Positions 54,819 to 64,000 of a DNA stretch of 64,000 nt are shown piece after piece. Position 1 is the first letter of the stretch. The number at the start of each line of letters is the position of its first letter. A program made the position numbers and the translations under genes. The notes beneath the pieces were generated by a model. It was given only the letters and a program-made list of their open reading frames with translations. It ran no database searches and was not told the DNA's origin. The DNA is from Eledone cirrhosa (Eukaryota), in NCBI GenBank assembly GCA_964016885.1, contig OZ024758.1:21204001-21268000 (forward strand), in the 5' to 3' direction.

Positions 54819-55165
54819 ACAAAGGAAATGTGGTAAGGAACCAAATGGACCATAACGCACCAAAGTATTCAATACTTCGGGTAGTAGAGTGGGTAGTGGG
54901 AACAAGTATGACCCCTACGGCAGAGCTCAAGCCGTTTCGACGGCTAAGTCTGTACTAAATAAGAATGTTTAGCCTGGTAAATAAATAGCCGAACTTCTCA
55001 GAGGGTAATTCCTTATATGGGAAGATAATAATTGTATCTTCTCATATAAGGAATTACCCCCTCAGAAGTTCCGCTATTTATTTACCAGGCTAAAAATCTT
55101 TATTTAGTCCAGAATTAGCCGTCGAAACGGCTGGAGCTCTGCCGTCGGGGTCATACTTGTTCCTA
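54818..55165. mobile_element. Longest family A copy: tail plus ~265-bp palindrome holding two complete HHR-like folds
   Basis: Arms 54899-55028 and 55034-55163; + arm acccc-CTCAGAA-..cgcta...tagccgtc-GAAA-cggc...gccg-TC-ggggt (55056-55151); - arm core CTGAGAA (54911-55006). Confidence 0.8.
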
Positions 55166-55639
55166 TATAAATATATATGTCACTTGAACTAAAACCTGTT
55201 GAGAAAGTGACTTCCTTGTTCAATCATCTTACCTTAAGCATAACATTATTTGTCTAAGCGGACAGTACTTGTTTTAGGAGTCGCAGAAACCCAAATGCTG
55301 GATTTTACCAACCATCCAGGGATCCGGTTAATTTTTTTCAATCACATATTTTTTTATTTGTTTGACCCGAATTACTTGGTCGTTTCTATGGCCGTGCGGA
55401 TGACGGTTTAACCATCGTCTCAGTGTGTTTGGCCTTTAACGTATGTTGTAGCTCTTGTTCGTCAGAATTATTGAGCGCTTCCCACGCATCTCGGAAGTTG
55501 TTTTTCACTAATTCCAAAGCCGAAATACGATTCTCGCGAATTTATATTTGTATATATATATGTGTGTGTGTATGTGTGCGTGTGTGCGTGCGTGCGCGTG
55601 TGTGTGTGTGTATGTGTGTGTGTGTGAATCAGTCAGCAC

Positions 55640-55820
55640 TCCGGCATTTGAGTATTGCCGTGTCAATCGCCAATTCCAGACTGGGACTAGCGGTTGAAAC
55701 GGCAAGGGCTCAGCCGTCATAGTCGTAAACTAATTCAGTTAACCATTTTCTACTACCCCAAGTGTCGAGTACTCTGATGAGTAAGGGTCTAACCTGTTTC
55801 TAACTATATCCATCCGGATA
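55640..55820 (+). mobile_element. Diverged family A-like HHR 3' half plus tail
   Basis: GAAAcggcaagggctcagccgTC ... ctactaccccaagtgtcgagtactc. Confidence 0.6.
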
Positions 55821-55835
55821 TATATGTATATATAT

Positions 55836-55995
55836 GGTTGCATTATTTAAGGGTATGTCAATATTTATTAATAAAACTGCTCTATATTATATTTTATCTG
55901 ATGAAAACACACCATAATTTAACTTGGTGTCCTTGAAATATGTATAATGAAATAAATATGGTTTTATAAACATAGTTTCCAATGGTTAATATCGT
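55836..55995 (+). mobile_element. Family C pLTR with HHR at 55890-55954
   Basis: tattttat-CTGATGA-aaaCacacca...tggtgtCctt-GAAA-tatgta-TA-atgaaata; 8-bp stem I; one extra stem II mismatch. Confidence 0.8.
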
Positions 55996-56010
55996 GTATA
56001 TATATATATA

Positions 56011-56075
<65 letters not shown>

Positions 56076-56129
56076 TAGATATATCTATATAAATATATAG
56101 AGAGAGAGATAGATAGATAGAGATATATA

Positions 56130-56200
56130 TCGCGGGTTCAATCGTCGGAAACACAGTAAATAAGGTACTCAATACATATACATGGCAGAGTATAAATATT
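56130..56200 (-). mobile_element. Family D tail fragment
   Basis: cgggttcaatcg...cacagtaaataaggtactcaatacata...agtataaat, like 52436-52495 and 48817-48883. Confidence 0.65.
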
Positions 56201-56251
56201 TGATACATAATTATTTAATATCTAATTAACATTTAATAGATATTTCTATAT

Positions 56252-56326
<75 letters not shown>

Positions 56327-57235
56327 GATACCTTGCATCAGTTATATATACTGTGGCGCAAAAGTTACGAAACCGGTATGTTTTGTAAATAAAACAACAC
56401 GTTATCGTTGTTTTCATATAGAGGCTTTTTTTGTTTGTGATTACGCTGGTGTGAGACCTTTGAGTTGACCTGTAAATTTATTCAGTATTATGACTGAAAA
56501 TCTTTTAGAAAAGAACTTAGCAGCTTTTTTTCATATAAAAATATATTATTTTTTAGACGTATTTACTCTCCGCTATTTCATATTGTGAAATGTTATGTTT
56601 TCTTTTATATCATACCAATATAATCTTATAGATATATAGATGCTCTTATTCTGTGTAACTACAATTCTGTGGAGCCTCGTATAAGATAGTTTGACATCGC
56701 TATTGCAACGATTCAATTTTCTTTAATAAAACAGCGTCTATATTTGTTTATTCTCCAGACAGCAGACGTTTGAAATATTTATTTGCTATGTTTGTGGTCT
56801 AACTTCAGTTAGATTGATCGAAAATATATCAACAGTGATACTTATTGAACAATTAATGAATGGTGCATTTTTTCATGAATTTCTTACATTTCAAATATTA
56901 TCTTCTGGTATAAACTTGGCTTCAAACAAAATGTACAAGTGATTGTTAATCTTAAAATAAAATTCGTTCTTTTCTCAGTGAAATTTCATAAAACACAACG
57001 TATTCATTCGTTTTATATCAATCGTATTTGAGTTCCTTTACATTCTAATTTAGGGGATATATTAAGAACACACACAGACACGCATTAACACACGCATAAA
57101 TATATATAGAGAATAAGGAAATACAAAATTAGATGTTAAAGTCGTTTATTGATAAGGTCGTTATACATATTTTGAGGACGACATTTCGTTACGCAATACA
57201 GAGTAGAAGCTAGCTCTCTACAGACAGCGTCTTCC

Positions 57236-57382
57236 ATAATTGTTTCTACGTTTGGCACAAGGCCAGCAATTACCCAGTACTTTATTTTATCGCCCCCATA
57301 AGGATTAAAGCCAAACTTAACCTCGACGGCATCTGAACTCAGAATGTCAAGGACCGTAACTGTATCCGTCAAAGCATGGCGG
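57236..57382 (-). mobile_element. SINE S1 (diverged, 5' truncated)
   Basis: taattgtttctac...ggccagcaattacccagtactttattttatcg...tgaactcag. Confidence 0.8.
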
Positions 57383-57648
57383 ACATAATAAAGTTACAAT
57401 CAAGGAGGTAATCCAAAATTGAAGTGACAAAAGGAACGAACAAACAGCGATGTTCGTTAATCGAATGTCCGTTAATCGTTAATCGAATATATATATGGAA
57501 AGAGAGAGAGGGAAGAGAGATGTATAAAATACCATCCTCGGTGTCAAGCTGTTTCGACTTGTGTGCTGAGCAAGCCGAAACCGCGTGGCACCGCAGTTGG
57601 GGTTTACATATTTCTATACCCGTACTACATCTCCTCATGTATTGCGTA

Positions 57649-57687
<39 letters not shown>

Positions 57688-58165
57688 AGAATGTATACGT
57701 ACATACGTATATATGTACAGACGCACAGTAGTATGTATATATATATATACATACATGCACACATATATATGTACCTATGGGTTTATCGAACATGTATTAT
57801 AATGTTCGGTTTGTTTGTAAACAATACAGCCCGAATTACGCCGTACAGTGCTCGGCAACCATCGTCGCCCTTTTGTTCAACACTGACACAGGAACGATGT
57901 AGTAGTTTCAAGCTTATTAGCTATTGTCAGCATTGTATACCTTTCTGTGAGATGATTGAACGTCTGAAAGTATATACTTCCCATATGCATATTAACGGCT
58001 GAGCAGCCTAATTTGCACATCGAGTGAGTTATTCGGCCGGGCATACCGAAAACGATAAATGGAAAATAATGAAACGAAATTTCATTTCACATTCTTAGTA
58101 CGGCTGATACCTTAATATAAGTATGTATACGTACATACATATATGTGTACAGACGCACTGTAGTG

Positions 58166-58245
<80 letters not shown>

Positions 58246-58249
58246 ATAT

Positions 58250-58301
<52 letters not shown>

Positions 58302-58308
58302 GTATATA

Positions 58309-58339
<31 letters not shown>

Positions 58340-58730
58340 GTGTATATATATATATATATGTGTATATATATATATATATATATGTGTATATGTGTATATA
58401 TATGTATATGTATATATGTGTATATATGTGTATGTATATATATGTGTATGTATATGTATGTATATGTATATGTATATATGTGTATATATATGTGTATATA
58501 TATGTGTATGTATATGTATATATATGTATATGTATATATATGTGTATGTATATGTATATATATATGTGTATATATATATGTATATATATATGTGTATATA
58601 TATGTGTATGTATATGTGTATATATATGTGTATATATATGTGTATATATATGTATATGTATATATATGTATATATATATGTATATATATATATATATATG
58701 TATATATTATACATATTTCAAATATTTCAA

Positions 58731-58793
58731 ATATTATACATATTTCAGAGGTACTGAGCTAACTTCAACTGTACGTCCTCATCAGATAAAATA
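58731..58793 (-). ncRNA. Type I hammerhead ribozyme (C-related)
   Basis: Minus strand ttttat-CTGATGA-ggaCgtac...gtacCtct-GAAA-tatgta-TA-ata; stem I only 3 bp; a divergent partner CTGATGA lies at about 58976 (+, truncated). Confidence 0.7.
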
Positions 58794-59419
58794 AGATGAT
58801 GCACGACACCCTGACATAATAGATGGTCAAGATCCAGTCATGGTTAATATCCAAGTCATGGTTAAGATCCAATCTAATGTAAAACTCATTCTCTGATTTT
58901 TTCATTGAACCTTGTTTAACCTTTAAATATATATATTGGTATGTCAATATTTATTTCTCAACTAATCTATTTTATCTGATGAAAGTGATGAATTATCACC
59001 ACTTTTTCAATATGTCCGTTATCCGTAATGTCCACAAAATGACATTTGCAATAACTGTACACTGGGTGTCTTGACCTGCTATGATTTATCTCTTAATCAT
59101 TAATCGTAGGCAATATCCAGTTCATAACCATTCATCATACTACTCTCTGTAAATTCTAATACACACATAGTTAAACTAACCGACAAGTTTGCGTCAGTCA
59201 CGCTGGATTATATATGTTAAAGGTTTACTATTTATTTATTTCCATGTATCTAGTTCTTCCCTGATATTCTAATGAAATTAAACTCCTTAAACCTTTGCGT
59301 TATATCATCTCTGTCCATGTATGTATCCTTGACATGGTAGATGCTATGCACTGATTATCCATGTCTCCCATGTTAATTGTATTCTTATATTCTAATAATA
59401 ACAATGTCGCCATGTTTAA

Positions 59420-59815
59420 CTAATATATTACACTTTGTATTCAGATGTCAACAGATAAAGAGCTCTGAATTTTGAACACATTAACCGCACGATGTCCTTC
59501 TATTCAATTTATTATATAATTTGTCATCGACTACGAAAGTACTCCATCTATGTTTTCTGGCTTAGATGACGAAAGATTTCATAGAATCTAATAATGTGTA
59601 TTCCGATAATATAAAAAATAAGTCACCATGTTTGTCTAATATATGACAATTTCTATTCGTTCGAATGTCGACTTATAAATACCTCTGGATTTTGAATACA
59701 TTCGTTGCATAATATCTTCATTAACTCAATTTATTATATAATGTGTCATCTACTAAATAAGCACTCAATGTTTCTTTTCTGGCAAAGATGGCGTAAGATT
59801 TCTTAGAATATATCA
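59420..59815. repeat. Old diverged tandem duplication, period about 220 bp
   Basis: ttttgaa.acatt...tcaatttattatataat.tgtcatc.act...ttttctggc..agatg.cg.aagatttc.tagaat twice. Confidence 0.75.
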
Positions 59816-60975
59816 ATGTTTACTCTGACAAAAATATCAGCCTTTTTTTTTTTTTTGACGTATTATAATCATTTTGCAATCTGCTCCCCAAGTATGTCTC
59901 GTAAAAGTAAATCAAATCCTCGTCAACTTGGTTTTCTCCTTTTTTCTCTATTTCATTCTGTTTTATTTCCTATACCTCATAATAATTGTCTATATAGGTG
60001 GCGCTGCTGAACATGCTAGCTAATATCTGTCTAACACCTGTAATATTTGACGTTTACGGTCTGTATGAATATCACTCCCATATGGTTAACCCTCATTTCT
60101 GTAAACTTTTCATTAGGGTGAATAAGAACTCCCAAATTCACCGGTTTTTACGCCAGACTGGCAAACGTGGCTAACAAATCTTTATCTACCCATTTTTTTC
60201 ACACAATACTAGATGTCTGTTGGCTGTCTTAACTTCATCCGTCCTTTCACGGGTTTTGATTTTGACCTAGGAGGGTGTCCAAAAATCACTGCCCTTACCA
60301 AGAAGGTTTTTGGTGTGGTTGTTAGTTTAATTACCAACGATACAACCATGTGACATTTTATACATGATACAAGTAATCATCGATCGAGAATGGCCCGAAT
60401 TAATCATTTAAAGAACCAGAGTGTAAAAGGTATTAAGGGTTATATAACATATCACGTATTGTAGTCTCACTTAAATTGACTTATTAATTTGCATATAATT
60501 AACAGCCATGCTGGTAGTTAATATTTATATATATGAAATCGTGTGCTAATTACCCGAAATATTCGATGGATTTAACTCCATATAAGCAATATATAGGTAG
60601 TTGACTTTGTGTTAATGTGTATATAAGTCTATAAACTGGAGATTTATTCATGTAAATATGTCAAATATATCAAGTTCTCTGCAAAGTGAAACATAATTAA
60701 AATATCATGAATTAACTACGAACATAAGAGTTAATAATATCCAAATTAGCAGGTCTATTTCAGTACTATGTCTAGAACTGTTAGTGTCTGTGTGCTTACT
60801 TGTGTGTATACTGAGATATCAATATACTGCATATATAAATATATATATAGATGAACACTCACATAAACGTGGGTGTATATTCACACATGGATACCCACAC
60901 ACACACAAACACATATATGTATAAATATATATATATATATACACATACATACTATATTGTTATAGCTAGACATTG

Positions 60976-61078
<103 letters not shown>

Positions 61079-61084
61079 AATATA

Positions 61085-61115
<31 letters not shown>

Positions 61116-61157
61116 TTAGAGAGAGAGAGGGAGAGAGAGAAAGAGGGAGATATATGT

Positions 61158-61192
<35 letters not shown>

Positions 61193-61306
61193 TGTATCTG
61201 GCTATACATAAACATATATCTATATATATATATATCTCTATATATATATATACATATATGCATTTGTCTGGCTATACATAAATATATATCTATATCTATC
61301 TATCTA

Positions 61307-61339
<33 letters not shown>

Positions 61340-61779
61340 GTGTGTGTGCGTGTGTGTATGTGTGTGTATGTGTGTGTATGGATGGATGTGTATATATGTA
61401 CGTAATCATTTATATATGTATCTGAAAGCGACTAAGGGAGCTAATTTCGATACTCATATGAATCCTTTACAGTTGATATGTTTCCCATGCAAGACAATAG
61501 TTAACATCTCCCATCCAGAGTATCATAACAAGGACGATGTAAATCCTGTCTGTTTTATCTACTTGGTTTGGTACATTTCCATAACACATTTTATCTGTTT
61601 CAGTTAGATGTGTAGGAATATAACTCAGTAAATGGAACTGGCTATTCTCTCGTGTCTGACAACACAGCTGAAACTTCCACCCGGAAAGTATATGCACAAA
61701 TGCCTCATTGTATTGATTCTATAGACTACACTGGCCGTCAGCCTATTTTCTCATTAATATTGGTTATATTGTTTTTGGC

Positions 61780-62700
61780 TAGGCATTGCTTATACGCACA
61801 CTATTGTTGCGCTCTTTATGGAAAGCGACCTATTGTTCTATCTGTGTAACTTTTATTGTTAGTTTCATTCGAGCAAGTAAAATCTATAGCATGCATATGC
61901 TTCGATGACTAATTAAACTAATTTCACGGTTGTTTTCGCACTTTTTCGTGTTTCCGTTCCTTGGCAGTGGTATAATGATTGTTTCTGTCTATTTACGGGA
62001 CCATTCACTCTTACGTAAATCACTATAACTAATTTCACAATGAAATGTAGTGACATATTCACATGCCTGCTTTAACAGTTCTGCATTTATGTTATCTGTT
62101 CTAGGTGATTTATAGCAGTTTAATTTCCGAATCGCTTGCGTAAATTCTCCAGGATTGATTTCTGGCTCTTGGTGTATAATAAAAAGAATTTCCTCACTTA
62201 ATTGTTTTAGCACTCTACAACCTACCCCTGTATTTTGACTGTAACGTACCTCACAGTATTATCTCCATCTATCATTTTCTTAATTCACTGCTATGTAACT
62301 TGCCATATTTATCTTCAACAACTTGGCATTTACTTACCTCGTCTTTTGTTAGATATTTAACCATTTGTTATGCCTGTCTTTGAATTATTTGCTCTATGGC
62401 ATTTTCTATTTCTTCACATCTTTCCTTAATGCATTTATCCTTTGCTGCCTTAATTTTTCTTCCACGCTTCCTATTGACTAATTTATATTTCATTATAGTT
62501 TCTATTTCCAGATCATTTCTTTCAACACAACTGATTAAAATATCTTTATTTATCCACGGATTTCTAACTTCTTTCATTTTACCAAGAAAAGCTTCCTTTA
62601 ATTATATCAAACTTTCCCCCTTTCCGTACAATCAAATCAGGTGATTATTCTTGTCTTTGTATCATACAAAACTATTTTATTCTTACACATTAGCTTTCCT
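61780..62700 (-). mobile_element. RTE-clade LINE fragment (linker plus RT N-terminal region), decayed
   Basis: NPWINKDIL...YKLVNR...IKAAKDKCIKERCEEIE and EFTQAIRKLNCYKSPRTDNINAELLK, then CENNREISLISH. Confidence 0.85.
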
Positions 62701-62991
62701 CTAATGATCTGAGCTCAAATTTTATTTTCCTCATCATAACTTTATGGTCAGGGCTTATATCTGCAAGGACATTGACAAAGAAAATGGAATCCAGCTAGTG
62801 TTGGAACACTTGGCTCTAGAGTGTTGCCAGGCTTTTGATAATACATTTCGTAACCAATTATCATACAAATGATGCCATATTTTATTATAATTATAATTAT
62901 TATTATCAATATGATTATTATTGGTGCTGGTGTCAGTGTGATAATGTACAATTGTGCGTGATTCTTATGACAAATATAGAAAGTAGCATCA

Positions 62992-63098
62992 TTGCCGAGG
63001 TTAACTTTGCCTTTCATCCTTACTGGGTCGATAGAATAAAGTACCAGTAATGCATTGGAGTATTTGTTGGCCTTGTGCCAAAATAGATAGAATTATTA
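62992..63098 (+). mobile_element. SINE S1, 3' half
   Basis: gccgaggttaactttgcctttcatccttac...ggccttgtgccaaaa. Confidence 0.85.
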
Positions 63099-63145
63099 TC
63101 TTTAATGTTACTTCGGCTGTTGTCCTGGTAGTATTAATCTTTAAT

Positions 63146-63303
63146 CGACCGCCATGCTTTCTAGCATAGTTACGTCCCTTTACAGTCTGAGTTCAAATCC
63201 CGCCGAGGTTAACTTTGCTTTTCATCCTTACGGGGTCGATACAATAAAGTACCAGTAATGTACTGAGTAATTGCTGGCCTTGTGCCTAAAGTAGAAACAA
63301 TTA
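63146..63303 (+). mobile_element. SINE S1 (5' truncated)
   Basis: gccatgctttctagcatagttacgtccc...gagttcaaatcccgccgagg...gtagaaacaatt. Confidence 0.88.
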
Positions 63304-64000
63304 ATCTGTAATCCTTCATTTAATTTCATTCCACTAATATGGATAGTTTCCTAGCATCCATGTTTTTCCTATATTTACTTAATTAAGATTAACATTGCTT
63401 AGAACAAAGAGCAAAACAAAGTTACTGACTTAACTTAACATGCAAATCAAAAGCTGACGGTTATCAAAACAAATGTGAAGAGTATTTTACTGCAGATTTA
63501 GGTGAAGCTGTTTGACTTCATAGTTGTTATATATTGTGTTTATAAGCAGTGACTTGTCAACTTCGTTACTGTAAGTCTATGTATTATACGAAACCAAACA
63601 GTAATACTTCGCGCAGTGGCCTTCAGCTGGGTGATAGATTCAATGTCAATAGCACACATAAGCCAATTCAGCGCTTGGTTCTCTGGAATGAAGTTTAAAC
63701 ATCTGAATTACATTGTATTCCGAATGTTGATAGTCTAAAGGAAATTTGAATTTGCTTTTAGAATAACTGTCGACGAGAAAGAGAATTTGATCGCTACTCA
63801 AAGTACTACCCACAAACATGAATTTAGTATTACTATGTTATGTAGACTAGGACATGGATACTTTAAGACTAAACATTGATTTGGTATATTAAAACGATGC
63901 AGTATTAATGCTTTATGCGTTTGGAAGTAAGTTTCCTATACAGAATGATATTAATATTCTGTAAAATATTAAACACTGCAGGGAAGGGAAATTTTCATAA

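Overview
Very AT-rich, repeat-dominated eukaryotic DNA with no recognisable intact protein-coding gene. The SINE families and microsatellite load suggest an octopus/cephalopod intron or intergenic region (inference). Nearly all long ORFs in the supplied track are artefacts of (TA)n, (TATG)n, (TG)n and (CT)n repeats. The main signal is a dense set of hammerhead-ribozyme (HHR) modules of type I topology: CTGATGA - stem II - GAAA - stem III - UH - stem I. They occur in at least six sequence families (labelled A-G here), about 15 complete or near-complete motifs plus half motifs, almost all embedded in (TA)n tracts. Many are arranged as divergent inverted pairs, fold-backs or a tandem pair, and many are followed by a 3' tail carrying a shared TTGAGT(A/G)CT motif. 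A Penelope-like (Neptune-type) RT fragment at ~29.7-30.3 kb suggests these are pseudo-LTRs or non-autonomous derivatives of Penelope-like elements. Sequence-divergent HHRs show compensatory stem II changes and keep a C.C mismatch at stem II pair 4. Also present: about 14 tRNA-derived SINE copies with a Meta-like core, a second SINE family, RTE and CRE LINE fragments, Tc1/mariner and pogo/Tc2-like MITEs, and a CT-rich minisatellite. Element boundaries are read by eye and approximate.
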